DNA of 64,000 nucleotides from Candidatus Gastranaerophilales bacterium (GTDB lineage Bacteria; Cyanobacteriota; Vampirovibrionia; Gastranaerophilales; Gastranaerophilaceae): NCBI GenBank assembly GCA_900752845.1, contig CAADWU010000077.1, positions 1,046 to 65,045 of the forward strand, read 5' to 3'. Shown piece by piece: positions 30,547 to 40,749 of this stretch (position 1 is its first letter; each line of letters starts with the position of its first letter). The notes under the pieces were generated by a model. It saw only the letters and a program-made list of their open reading frames with translations, ran no database searches and was not told where the DNA came from. The position numbers and the translations under genes were made by a program.

Positions 30547-30574
30547 ATTATAACATATTTTTCAGTTATTTCAA
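30547..30574 (-). promoter_or_regulatory. Convergent promoter for a putative antisense antitoxin RNA
   Basis: TTGAAA-N16-TATAAT with extended -10 TG, firing into hairpin GTGCGGA...TCCGCAC. Confidence 0.55.
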
Positions 30575-31144
30575 GTCCCGAATTTTTCGCCCGAACGACA
30601 GACCCGCAGGTAACGGCAATACAACGTTTTCATAAGCAGGGTGGGAGTTTATCGCATCAATAAAAGGCTTGCATTTCGCCTCATGTGACAAAACGTTATC
30701 ACAGGCGATTATTCCGCCCTTTCTCAAATGTTTGTCTATAAGCTCAAAGTATTTTATGTATTCTGATTTGTTCGCATCTACAAATGCAATGTCAATCATA
30801 AAATCTTCGGGTAATTCTTCTAAAATCTCACAGGCTGAACCTTTTAGTGTGGTGATTACATCGTCAACCCGACAAATCTTAAAGTTCTCTTTTGCAATAT
30901 CTAATCTCTTGTCCCAAAATTCTATTGTAGTTAAATGTCCGCCTGTTTCTTTTACGGCTTTGCCGAGCCAAACACCTGAATAACCGTTTGATGTGCCGAC
31001 TTCAAGAACATTTTTGGCTTTTTCTGATTTTATTAATGTATATAAAAATTCTGCCGTAACTCGTGAGATATTCCAAAATTGTTTTTGGGTTTCTTCTAAA
31101 TTATGTAAGACTTCTTCTGTTGTGTCATCAAAATATTTTTTCAT
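30566..31144 (-). CDS. Class I SAM-dependent O-methyltransferase
   Basis: LEVGTSNGYS, FVDANK and DNV motifs. Confidence 0.9.
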   Translation of the reverse strand: MKKYFDDTTEEVLHNLEETQKQFWNISRVTAEFLYTLIKSEKAKNVLEVGTSNGYSGVWLGKAVKETGGHLTTIEFWDKRLDIAKENFKICRVDDVITTLKGSACEILEELPEDFMIDIAFVDANKSEYIKYFELIDKHLRKGGIIACDNVLSHEAKCKPFIDAINSHPAYENVVLPLPAGLSFGRKIRDLK

Positions 31145-31145
31145 A

Positions 31146-32585
31146 CTATTTGTTTATCTTTTTAACCTTTTCTGTTGCAACTATTGAACTTGCAGGAATA
31201 TCAATAGGAATTGATTTTAAAACCTTATTGGTTCCCAAATCAAATACGGTATACAATGAAGCTTTTGTGTCGGTAATTAATGCAATATTTGTTCCTTCTA
31301 TTTGGTAAATTTTTGTAGAAAATCCGTTTGTGTTCAAATAAATTGAGTCTGTAATCATATCGGTTTTTGCATCAATAACCTGTATTGAATTATCTCCTGC
31401 TCCCAGAACATAAATTCTGTCGTGGAATGCAAGCATATCAACGGGTTTTTCGCAAACTTCGGTTTCGCCGATAAGTCCTATTGTGTCGTAATCAATTATT
31501 GCAAGTCTGTTTTTTGTTCTGCTTGTCAAATATATTTTGTTGTTTGTATAAAGTATTTTGGAAACGTTAGGAAACTTACCGATTTCTTTCAGCAGGTAAT
31601 TGTTGTCAAGCTCAATTGCCCATATCTCCCTTGTTTTTTTATCGTAATAGAATAGTTTAGAGCCGTCTTCGCTTAACGTAAGTTTTTCGCACATTCCGCT
31701 AATTCTGATTTGTTTTGTCAATGTCATAGTTTCGAGATTAACCATGTAAATGCTGGAGTCTTCCGAACTTGATACATAAGCTATTCTCTTGTTTTTGTCT
31801 ATTAAGATTTCATCAGGCTGTGTTTTTGTATAAATCTGTTTAATTACCTGATCATCAGCAAGTGAAATAACATCAATCGAAGGTTTGCCGTAAGACGTTA
31901 CGAGAAGAAAATCTTCATAAGCCTTCAAAGAAATAGGTATATTATTTTGCGCTAATGCATATTCAGGGGTTTTTGCGCCTACGTTCAAGACCTGAATGTT
32001 TTTGGAGTAAGGTGATGAAACGTAAAAATTTTTATTCTTTAATTGAGGAATTTGAGATAATGTTTTTAAAGTTGAGCCTGATATTTTTTCAACCTTAGGT
32101 GTAACGTTTTCAACCCTTATCCCGGGATCGTTAACTGTTTTAATCTCAAGATTTCCGATTATACCGTTAAGATTTTCAGGTATAATTAAACCTTTAGGCA
32201 CTAACATATCTTGAGGCAGAAGCCCTGAACGAAGCTCTACAGGAGGATTTGCCATTTTGTAAACAGTTTTGTTGCCTTGTGTGTCTGTTAAAACTTTTAG
32301 TAGTACAAAGTCATTATTAAAGATAACAACGTTAGGTTTTGCTGCTAAAGTCTTGTTTGCAGGATAAGTTGTTTTTATTTCCAGCTTGTCTGTATCGACA
32401 ATTCTTGCCGGAAACAACGGAAGGTAAAGAGTGTTATCAGGCAGTATGATAACTCCGTCAAATCTGAAATTTGTCTTAGGGAAATCTTTGCTTACAAAAT
32501 TTCTTACGTTATCGGGAATTTGAGCTGAAAACACAGGTGTTGACAGCGAAAGCATTATTCCCAAACAAATTAATGATTTACGCAT
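31146..32585 (-). CDS. Secreted YncE/YVTN-like beta-propeller protein
   Basis: Signal peptide; repeated YV/IxVID blade motifs. Confidence 0.75.
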   Translation of the reverse strand: MRKSLICLGIMLSLSTPVFSAQIPDNVRNFVSKDFPKTNFRFDGVIILPDNTLYLPLFPARIVDTDKLEIKTTYPANKTLAAKPNVVIFNNDFVLLKVLTDTQGNKTVYKMANPPVELRSGLLPQDMLVPKGLIIPENLNGIIGNLEIKTVNDPGIRVENVTPKVEKISGSTLKTLSQIPQLKNKNFYVSSPYSKNIQVLNVGAKTPEYALAQNNIPISLKAYEDFLLVTSYGKPSIDVISLADDQVIKQIYTKTQPDEILIDKNKRIAYVSSSEDSSIYMVNLETMTLTKQIRISGMCEKLTLSEDGSKLFYYDKKTREIWAIELDNNYLLKEIGKFPNVSKILYTNNKIYLTSRTKNRLAIIDYDTIGLIGETEVCEKPVDMLAFHDRIYVLGAGDNSIQVIDAKTDMITDSIYLNTNGFSTKIYQIEGTNIALITDTKASLYTVFDLGTNKVLKSIPIDIPASSIVATEKVKKINK

Positions 32586-33717
32586 TATTAAATACTCCCT
32601 TAACTTTATCCATTATTGATGATTGATGAGCTTTTTCTCTTTTATTATTTTGAATTTCGTATAACCTTTTGTAAAGGTTTCTTTCTTCATCAGAAAGTTT
32701 TACAGGTGTTTTAACTGAAACGACAACAATATGATCGCCTCTTTGAGAAGGTCTTGAAATATACGGAACACCTGCATTTTTAATTTTTATGGAATTTCCG
32801 CTTTGCACACCTGCCTGTACGGTAATTTTTTGTTCGCCGTCAAGAGTTTTAACAACGACTTCATCTCCTAAAGCAGCCTGTGCAGGAGAAATATCAAGTC
32901 TTGAATAAACATCGTTTCCGTCACGTTTAAAGTAGTCAGACGGTTTTACATGCAGCACCACGAACAAATCGCCTGCACGTCCGCCGTTTGTACCTGCATC
33001 GCCTTCACCTGATACACGAATTTTAGACATATTATCAACGCCTGCCGGAATTTTAATACTAATTTTCTTTTCTTTTTCAATTTTTCCATTACCTTTGCAG
33101 GATTTACAAGGATTTGAAATCTTTTTGCCTTTACCATGGCAGTCAGGGCAGGTAACAATTTGAGCAAAAGAACCCAGAGGAGTTCTTGTGACTTGCTGAA
33201 CCTGACCTGAACCGTGACAAGTCGGACAGGTTACGGGTTGTGAACCCTTTTCAGCGCCTGTACCGCCGCAAGACGGGCAGTGTTCGAGGTGGTCAAATTT
33301 AATTTCTTTATCACATCCGAAAACAGCCTGTTCAAAGTCGATTTCAATATCAAGTCTTAAATCATCGCCTTCAATCGGTGCATTAGGATCAGGTCTTCCG
33401 CCAAATCCAAATCCGCCCATTCCGCCGAAGAATGAGTTGAATATATCGTTCAAATCGCCAAAACCGCCTGCAAACGGACCGCCTGTGTCAAATCCTGCGT
33501 TTTGAAGTCCGTCTTCGCCGTAACGGTCGTATGTTGCACGTTTATTATCATCCATTAAGGTTTCGTAAGCTTTTCCGAGCTCTTTGAATTTCTCCTCAGC
33601 ATCGGGAGCTTTGTTTACATCGGGGTGTAATGTTCTTGCTTTTTTTCTGAAAGCTGCTTTTATCTCTTCCTTGCTTGCTTCTTTTGAAACTTCAAGTATT
33701 TCATAGTAATCACTCAT
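32578..33717 (-). CDS. dnaJ: Chaperone DnaJ
   Basis: HPD J-domain, G/F-rich region, four CxxCxGxG. Confidence 0.98.
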   Translation of the reverse strand: MSDYYEILEVSKEASKEEIKAAFRKKARTLHPDVNKAPDAEEKFKELGKAYETLMDDNKRATYDRYGEDGLQNAGFDTGGPFAGGFGDLNDIFNSFFGGMGGFGFGGRPDPNAPIEGDDLRLDIEIDFEQAVFGCDKEIKFDHLEHCPSCGGTGAEKGSQPVTCPTCHGSGQVQQVTRTPLGSFAQIVTCPDCHGKGKKISNPCKSCKGNGKIEKEKKISIKIPAGVDNMSKIRVSGEGDAGTNGGRAGDLFVVLHVKPSDYFKRDGNDVYSRLDISPAQAALGDEVVVKTLDGEQKITVQAGVQSGNSIKIKNAGVPYISRPSQRGDHIVVVSVKTPVKLSDEERNLYKRLYEIQNNKREKAHQSSIMDKVKGVFNNA

Positions 33718-33767
33718 TTATATTAATTCTTCCCTATTCTTTGCATACTAAAATGCAGCAGCCGAAA

Positions 33768-34334
33768 TTATTCAGCTGTTGCAACGTTTACGAGTGCTGG
33801 TCTTAAAACCTTTTCACCCATTTTATATCCCTTTTGTAATTCATTTATAATTGTATGTTCCGGATGCTCAGATGTCGGTGTTTGCATAACCGCATCGTGA
33901 TAATTCGGGTCAAACTCTTTTCCTTCGGTATCAATCGGTTCCAACCCGAGTTTTGATAGTACATCCAAAACCTGTTTATGAACAAGATTAAAGCTGTCTT
34001 TTACAGTCTGGCAATCTTCAACGTTTTCAAGAGCTTTTTCGCCACGTTCGAAGTTGTCCAGAACTTCAATCATTTTTTTTAATGCGTTTTCAGCACCGTA
34101 TTTCAATAGTTCTTCTCTTTCGTGAGCCTGTCTTTTGCGGTAATTATCAAAATCAGCGGCAAGTCTTAAATACTGCTGATTTAGTGTGTCATATTTTTCC
34201 TGAAGTTCATTGTTTTGTTCTTTATTTTCTTCAGCAGGTTTTTGTTCTTCCTGTGACTGATTTTCAGGATTTATATTTTCGTCTAAATTGTCCGGATTTT
34301 TAAACGGATTGTTATTATGATGTTTATGTGACAT
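33768..34334 (-). CDS. grpE: Nucleotide exchange factor GrpE
   Basis: ADFDNYRKR, FDPNYHDA and QKGY...LRPALV motifs. Confidence 0.97.
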   Translation of the reverse strand: MSHKHHNNNPFKNPDNLDENINPENQSQEEQKPAEENKEQNNELQEKYDTLNQQYLRLAADFDNYRKRQAHEREELLKYGAENALKKMIEVLDNFERGEKALENVEDCQTVKDSFNLVHKQVLDVLSKLGLEPIDTEGKEFDPNYHDAVMQTPTSEHPEHTIINELQKGYKMGEKVLRPALVNVATAE

Positions 34335-34409
34335 TTTCTCTACCTCTTAATAATATTATTATAATTTATCAAGATTAATTAACAAGAAAAATTTATTATT
34401 TTTTAATAA

Positions 34410-35072
34410 TTACGAATATAACTGACAGTCATAATAGTATTTCATAATCGAATTTGTTAATTGTGCCCCGTTATGAACATAGCAGGGATTATGAAGAACT
34501 TCTAATATACCGTCTTCTGCATCAAAAAGCTTTTCATCGTCTTCTTCTGACAATTCAATATTTTCATCATTTGCATACAAGTCAAATTTTTCTGTCAAAC
34601 CTGTTCCAACAAGCAAATCGAGTTCGCCTGATGTTCCATCTAAAAAGTAATCGAAAGGTTCATTGTAAAACATTCCATGTTTAGCTTCATTCGTAAGGTG
34701 GTGGTCAGAATCAATTTTAAAATCTTTTTCTTTAAAATTTGCTATTCTGTTTGTTATTTTGCTCATAAAATTCAATACAGGAATATTTTCAGCGACGGAA
34801 GGAATAATGTTTCCGTTTATTTTTGCCCTGCACATGCAAAACCCGTCAATATTTTTGGTTTCCATTTCTATGTTAAGATATTCGCTGTTTATCTTGTTTT
34901 CCAATACAGGATATTTTGATGTTAATTTTTTATATTCGGATAAATCCTTATTTCCTTCATCTGTAAGCTGCATATTCAAAGCTGTTCTTGTGCCTGTGTT
35001 GCTTTCGCTTCCTGTTAATGCTCTTGCATAACCTATATTTTTTATTCCGGTAAAACTTACGGGGTTTATCAT
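34410..35072 (-). CDS. Hypothetical protein (N-terminus MINPVSFTG)
   Basis: 220-aa ORF with AAGGAG RBS. Confidence 0.75.
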   Translation of the reverse strand: MINPVSFTGIKNIGYARALTGSESNTGTRTALNMQLTDEGNKDLSEYKKLTSKYPVLENKINSEYLNIEMETKNIDGFCMCRAKINGNIIPSVAENIPVLNFMSKITNRIANFKEKDFKIDSDHHLTNEAKHGMFYNEPFDYFLDGTSGELDLLVGTGLTEKFDLYANDENIELSEEDDEKLFDAEDGILEVLHNPCYVHNGAQLTNSIMKYYYDCQLYS

Positions 35073-35249
35073 TATTAACTTTAATCTCCTTTTATGATTT
35101 TAATAAAAACCAAACAAAAAAATTTTTCATAATCTGGATATTTTTATGTTCAATTTCTTTACATTATTTAACTTATTTACACCAATAAAATCTGATTGTA
35201 TTATGATTATGTAAGGTAAATATTATTTATTATTTGAAGGTAAAGAAAA

Positions 35250-36596
35250 TTGACTGAAAAATTTTATATAAAAGGCGGTACCCCTTTAAGAGGTGAGGTT
35301 TCAATAGGCGGGGCAAAAAATTCGGTTTTAAAATTAATGGCAGCCGCAATATTAGCTAAAGGTGAAACAAAGATTTATAATGTTCCTGATTTGACTGACG
35401 TTGAAATTATGTTAAACGTAATTGCTCAATTAGGTACAAAAACCAGCTATGATAAAGCAGGGAAATATGTAACTATTGATGCTACAGATATTTCAAGCAT
35501 TACTGCAAAATATGAATTAGTAAGCAAAATGAGAGCTTCATTCATAGTGCTGGGTGCATTGGTTTCTAGATGTAAAGAAGCAATAGTCGCTTTACCTGGC
35601 GGATGCGCAATCGGTGAAAGACGTGTTGATTTTCATATTAAAGGTTTGGAAGCACTTGGTGCAAAAATTAAGATTGAAAACGGATACGTTCATGCAAAGG
35701 CATCAAAACTTACAGGTGCTGATATTTACCTTGATATCCCGTCAGTCGGTGCAACAGAAAACTTAATGCTTGCATCAGTTCTTGCAGAAGGCTCTACAAG
35801 AATTCAGAATGCGGCTCAGGAACCTGAAATTGTTGATTTGGCAAATTTCTTGAACAGTATGGGGGCTGATGTTAACGGTGCAGGTACATCAGAAATCGTT
35901 ATTAACGGTGTGAAACACGAACAGCTTCATTCAATTGAATATACAACAATTCCTGACAGAATTGAGGCAGGTACATTCATGTCTGCAATTATCGCTACAC
36001 GTGGTAAAGCAATTATAAAAGATGTTTTCCCTGCTCATTTAACTTTCTTTACCGATAAACTTTTGAAAATGGGTGCAAATATTAAACTTATTGAACCTAA
36101 TTCATTGGAAGTTTCTTGTAAAAATAAACTAAATTCAATAAACTTTGTAACCCAGCCTTATCCGGGATTTCCTACTGATTTGCAGTCTATGGCAATGACA
36201 CTTTTGACAACTGCTAACGGAGTTGGGATTATCACTGAAAGTTTATATGAAAACAGATTTATGCAAGTTCCTGAATTGCGCCGTATGGGTGCTGATATTC
36301 ATCAGGACAGAAACCACGCTATTATTAAAGGCGTTAAAAAGCTTACAGGTGCAACTCTGGCAGCAAGCGATTTGCGTGCGGGGGCATCTCTGGTTGTTGC
36401 AGCTTTAATGGCTGACGGCAATTCTACCATTGAAAATCTACATCATATAGATAGAGGATACGAAAATTTTGAAAGTAAGCTAAGATTATTAGGAGGCAAA
36501 ATAGAACGTAAAGATGATGCTGTAATCTCTGAAGTTTCTAACGTTGACCTGAAAACAAACCTAACGGAGGGCTTACGTAATGAATCCTACCTATAA
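35250..36596 (+). CDS. murA: UDP-N-acetylglucosamine 1-carboxyvinyltransferase
   Basis: GAKNS, LPGGCAIGER, SVGATEN, PGFPTDLQ and DLRAG motifs. Confidence 0.98.
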   Translation: MTEKFYIKGGTPLRGEVSIGGAKNSVLKLMAAAILAKGETKIYNVPDLTDVEIMLNVIAQLGTKTSYDKAGKYVTIDATDISSITAKYELVSKMRASFIVLGALVSRCKEAIVALPGGCAIGERRVDFHIKGLEALGAKIKIENGYVHAKASKLTGADIYLDIPSVGATENLMLASVLAEGSTRIQNAAQEPEIVDLANFLNSMGADVNGAGTSEIVINGVKHEQLHSIEYTTIPDRIEAGTFMSAIIATRGKAIIKDVFPAHLTFFTDKLLKMGANIKLIEPNSLEVSCKNKLNSINFVTQPYPGFPTDLQSMAMTLLTTANGVGIITESLYENRFMQVPELRRMGADIHQDRNHAIIKGVKKLTGATLAASDLRAGASLVVAALMADGNSTIENLHHIDRGYENFESKLRLLGGKIERKDDAVISEVSNVDLKTNLTEGLRNESYL

Positions 36597-36924
36597 ACGC
36601 TGGTATGATCATGATCCACTTTTATTAGAAGTTATTGAGCTTTTAAAGAATTATCAAACTGAATTGAGAGCTCAGGCTGAAATATTTTTGCAAAAGATTG
36701 AAGAAAAAGTTTCTAAAGAAACTATTGACCAGTTTTATGCAATGGTTAAGCCTGTAAATGCAAATAACCGTTGGTATGATAAAGATCCTGTTATTTCAAA
36801 AACTGTTGAAATTTTAAGGATTGTACCTCCTGAAGCTCAAAAAATATGTGCCCAAAACTTTATAAGAACCTTAAAAGAAATGGGTATAGAATACGAAAGT
36901 CCTAATAAAACAGATGTACAATAA
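36580..36924 (+). CDS. Hypothetical protein with two RWYDxDP repeats
   Basis: KRWYDHDP and NRWYDKDP; GGAGG RBS. Confidence 0.75.
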   Translation: MNPTYKRWYDHDPLLLEVIELLKNYQTELRAQAEIFLQKIEEKVSKETIDQFYAMVKPVNANNRWYDKDPVISKTVEILRIVPPEAQKICAQNFIRTLKEMGIEYESPNKTDVQ

Positions 36925-36925
36925 T

Positions 36926-36956
36926 AAAAAAAGCTCCTTATAAAGGAGCTTTTTTT
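36926..36956. terminator. Bidirectional intrinsic terminator
   Basis: A-run, GCTCCTT-ata-AAGGAGC, T-run. Confidence 0.85.
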
Positions 36957-38205
36957 ATTGAATATCTTTGTGATGAAATTGTTTTTCTCCTGAAGCATAA
37001 TCGCCTACAATCTGACCGTTTCCTATAAGTTTATATTTATAGATTGTTAAACCTTCAAGTCCGACGGGACCTCTTGCATGTGTTTTATTTGTAGAGATGC
37101 CTACTTCAGCGCCGAAGCCGTAGCGGAAACCATCGGCAAATCTTGTTGAAGCATTGAAATACACACCTGCTGAATCCACTTTGTTCATAAACTTTTCAGC
37201 ATTTTCTATATTTTTTGTGATTATGCTGTCAGTATGGCCTGAACCGTATGTATTGATATGTTCGATTGCTTCGTCAATATTTTTTACGGTCTTAAAGGCA
37301 AGAATTTTATCTCCGTATTCATGCGACCAGCTTTCGGGATTGTCTATAAGCTGAATCTCAGATAATTGCAATGCTGCAAGAAGATTATCTTTTTTAGGGA
37401 AGTTTTCATGGATTAAAAGAGTTTCAACCGCATTGCAAGCACTCGGATATTGTGTTTTTGCATCGGTAACAATTTTTATTGCCATATCAATATCGGCTGT
37501 TTCATCGACAAATATATGACAAATTCCGTCGGCGTGACCCAGAACGGGGATTTTTGTGTTTTCTTTTATAAATTTAACAAGGCTGTTTCCCCCTCTTGGT
37601 ATAATCAGGTTTATATATTTGTCGCATTTAAGCATTTCAGCCACGTCATCACGTGAAAATACCTGCTGAATAACATTTTTCGGGAAACCTGTAACTTTAT
37701 CAAGTGCATTATTTATAATAGAAAGAATTGTTTTGTTTGTATTTATACTTTCTTTTCCGCCTTTTAAAATAACTGCGTTAGCAGATTTTATTGCAAGAGA
37801 TGAAATCTGTGCAATTACATCAGGTCTTGCCTCAAAGATTATGCCTAAAACTCCGATAGGGCAAGATATTTTGTATAATGTTAAATCAGTGTCGAGTTCT
37901 CTTACAAGGAGTTTTTTGCCTATAGGGTCTTCAAGTGAAGCAATATCACGAATACCTTGAAGCATATCACGCATTTTGTTTTCATCAAGTTTTAAACGGT
38001 TAAATGTTGATTTTGTAATTTCTCCGCTTTTAACAAGTTCTTCTGCTGATTTTAAATCTTCTTTGTTAGCTTCAAAAACTTTTTCTTTATCAGCTTCAAT
38101 AGCATCTGCAATTTTTAATAAAGCCTGATTTTTAAGTTCTGTTGAAAGGTCTGCAATTTTAAGAGAAGCTTCTTTAGCATCTTTTGCAATTTTTTCAAAA
38201 TTCAT
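36955..38205 (-). CDS. proA: Gamma-glutamyl phosphate reductase
   Basis: GIIFEARP, SACNAVET and NASTRFADG...GAEVGIST motifs. Confidence 0.97.
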   Translation of the reverse strand: MNFEKIAKDAKEASLKIADLSTELKNQALLKIADAIEADKEKVFEANKEDLKSAEELVKSGEITKSTFNRLKLDENKMRDMLQGIRDIASLEDPIGKKLLVRELDTDLTLYKISCPIGVLGIIFEARPDVIAQISSLAIKSANAVILKGGKESINTNKTILSIINNALDKVTGFPKNVIQQVFSRDDVAEMLKCDKYINLIIPRGGNSLVKFIKENTKIPVLGHADGICHIFVDETADIDMAIKIVTDAKTQYPSACNAVETLLIHENFPKKDNLLAALQLSEIQLIDNPESWSHEYGDKILAFKTVKNIDEAIEHINTYGSGHTDSIITKNIENAEKFMNKVDSAGVYFNASTRFADGFRYGFGAEVGISTNKTHARGPVGLEGLTIYKYKLIGNGQIVGDYASGEKQFHHKDIQ

Positions 38206-38214
38206 TTTTTCTCC

Positions 38215-39354
38215 TTAAAGTATAGTGATATTATCACGTGTAATTATGGCATCATAGTTTTTGAAACCGAGAATTTCCATAATATTATCAGAGTGGCAGC
38301 CTATTACTTTTCTGCAAGAGTCGGAGCTGTAATTTACAATACCACGTGCAAATTCATTATAGTCTTCATCAAGGATAGATACAACGTCACCCTTGTTAAA
38401 TTCGTTAATTACATCGCAAACACCTATTGGAAGCAAACTTTTTTGCGCCAGTAGAGCTTTTTTTGCTCCGCTGTTAACAACAATCTGACCGATAATATTT
38501 GTGGCATAACCTATCCAGCGTTTTTTATCAGGCATTCCTTCTCTTTGAGGAAGAAACATTGTTCCGATTTCATCGCCTTCAAATATTTTTTTGATTACGT
38601 ATGGAATTTTACCGTTTGCGATTAGAACTTTGCCGCCAAATCTTGTAACCATTCTTGCGGCTTTCAATTTAGTACGCATTCCTCCCCTGCCGCCGTCGGA
38701 GGCATCGGTTCCCAGTGCAAGAATGTCATCTGTTACTTCGTCAACTTTTCTTATTATTTTTGCATCAGGATTTGTCTTAGGATTTTCATTATATAGTCCT
38801 TCAACATCTGAAAGAATTACCAGCAAATCTGCATCAAGTTCGGAAGCTACAAGTGCTGAAAGTTTGTCGTTGTCGGTAAAACAAACCTGCATATGTTCAA
38901 ATTGCGGGTGAACTTCGACTGTTGAAACAGTGTCATTCTGGTTGATTATAGGTATAACACCCAGTTCCAGAAGTTTGTTTAAAGTTGTTCTCAAACTTAA
39001 ATATCTTTGTCTGACAGAAAAGTCATCTTCTGTTAAAAGTATTTGAGAAGCAATAAGACCGTAAGTGTCAAATCCTGTTTCATAAATTGACATTAATTTA
39101 CCCTGACCTATAGCTGCACAGGCTTGTTTGAGAGCAACTCCGTCAGTGCTTTCTATACCCAGACGTTTTTTACCTAATCCGACTGCGCCTGATGTGATTA
39201 CAATGACTTCTTTTCCCTGCCTTGCAAGATGCGACAAGTCTTCAATAAATGAAAAAATTCTTGGCAAAGAAACATATCCGTCATCGCCTCTTAATATATT
39301 TGTTCCAAACTTAAAAACTATACGTTTTGCGTTTATAAATTCTTTTCTGTCCAT
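38215..39354 (-). CDS. proB: Glutamate 5-kinase
   Basis: KFGT, SGAV, DND and GGMRTK motifs; PUA domain. Confidence 0.97.
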   Translation of the reverse strand: MDRKEFINAKRIVFKFGTNILRGDDGYVSLPRIFSFIEDLSHLARQGKEVIVITSGAVGLGKKRLGIESTDGVALKQACAAIGQGKLMSIYETGFDTYGLIASQILLTEDDFSVRQRYLSLRTTLNKLLELGVIPIINQNDTVSTVEVHPQFEHMQVCFTDNDKLSALVASELDADLLVILSDVEGLYNENPKTNPDAKIIRKVDEVTDDILALGTDASDGGRGGMRTKLKAARMVTRFGGKVLIANGKIPYVIKKIFEGDEIGTMFLPQREGMPDKKRWIGYATNIIGQIVVNSGAKKALLAQKSLLPIGVCDVINEFNKGDVVSILDEDYNEFARGIVNYSSDSCRKVIGCHSDNIMEILGFKNYDAIITRDNITIL

Positions 39355-39441
39355 AGTTTAATTATATTACAAACATTTTTTCTTAATCAGCAATTTTTAT
39401 TTTGTTTATGTTTTTATATAAACATAAATAGTAGAAGGTTT

Positions 39442-40749
39442 ATGGTTTTTATGTCTATTTCACCGGTTCAGTTAAGCCAGATTAAAAATATAAATTTCGG
39501 TAATAATCAAACCGAAAGTTTGCCTGTTAAAATTAATGACAACGGGTTTTCGCAAGATACAATTGAAATTAACGGTGAAAAGAAAGGGCTTTCAAAAAAT
39601 GCTAAATGGGGAATAGGCATAGGCGCTGCTGCTATTATAACTGCTGCTGCCCTGCTTATTAGAGGCAAAACAAAAGCAGCTCAGGAAGAAATTTTTAAAC
39701 TAGCCGAACATATTGATTTTAGCCCAGCAAAAACAGTTGAAGAAGCTCGTAATTTTGCAAGAACTCATTTGGGAATTAAAAATTACCATGAAGAAATGCC
39801 GCTTGAAGTAATGAACTGGGTAAACGAAGGGCTGGTAAACATAAATAATGTCACAAAAGGTAAAGCCAAAATGTTTGACACCATCGGATACGTTTCGATT
39901 GATGGTAAGGAAGAAGCATTAGCATGTGCAATATCAGCAAAAGACGGCGGTGAATTTGGTGCAATCTTTAATATTAATAAAACTGTGTTTGAAAACATGA
40001 GTGAACATATTAACACAATGCTTAAACAAGCTTTAGACCGTAAAATTATGTTCAAGAACAAAGAAGGAAAACTGGATTTATATAATTTTTATAAAAATGA
40101 TGAAGCCTCTGCTGATTTGCTAAAAGGATTAAATGAATTTTTAGAAAAACCTGATAAATTCTCTTTAATAGATAAAATAAAATTATACGAAGATTTTGCA
40201 TCTTTAGCTTATGCAAAAGATGCTTTCTATGAAGCACCAATGTCTAAGCTGAAACAGCTTATGAAAAATGAGGGAATACAAGAAACTTTACTGGCTCATT
40301 CTAAACTCCCTGATTTAAAGCAGATTGAAAAGCTGACTACTAAACAGCAGCGTAATGTGCTTGTAGATTTGACAAATACCTGTCTTTTGTCGGGTGACAA
40401 ACTTCATTTAGCTTACCCTAAAGGTGACAAATTTAGAACTATTTACCACGAAATGGGACATTTACAGCATCAAAATTCTACAGGCTATGATTTGTATATG
40501 CAAATGGGTAAAACTGATGAATGTGAAAAGCGGTTTGGTAAAGTTACTGATATAACAAATGATTTTGTAAACAGTAAAGAAAAACAACAAATTGCAAATA
40601 GAGTATCAAATTATGCATCGGAATCTCCGCTTGAATTTGTTGCAGAAGTTTACAGAAAGTTAATCAACATAGCAATAAACGGGGGAGAAAAAGTCCCTGA
40701 AGATGTAATGGCTTTATACTCACAATATAAAGGTCCTGTTATTAATTAA
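39442..40749 (+). CDS. Hypothetical zinc metalloprotease-like protein (HExxH) with N-terminal TM segment
   Basis: YHEMGHL and SNYASESPLEFVAE; hydrophobic WGIGIGAAAIITAAALLI. Confidence 0.7.
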   Translation: MVFMSISPVQLSQIKNINFGNNQTESLPVKINDNGFSQDTIEINGEKKGLSKNAKWGIGIGAAAIITAAALLIRGKTKAAQEEIFKLAEHIDFSPAKTVEEARNFARTHLGIKNYHEEMPLEVMNWVNEGLVNINNVTKGKAKMFDTIGYVSIDGKEEALACAISAKDGGEFGAIFNINKTVFENMSEHINTMLKQALDRKIMFKNKEGKLDLYNFYKNDEASADLLKGLNEFLEKPDKFSLIDKIKLYEDFASLAYAKDAFYEAPMSKLKQLMKNEGIQETLLAHSKLPDLKQIEKLTTKQQRNVLVDLTNTCLLSGDKLHLAYPKGDKFRTIYHEMGHLQHQNSTGYDLYMQMGKTDECEKRFGKVTDITNDFVNSKEKQQIANRVSNYASESPLEFVAEVYRKLINIAINGGEKVPEDVMALYSQYKGPVIN

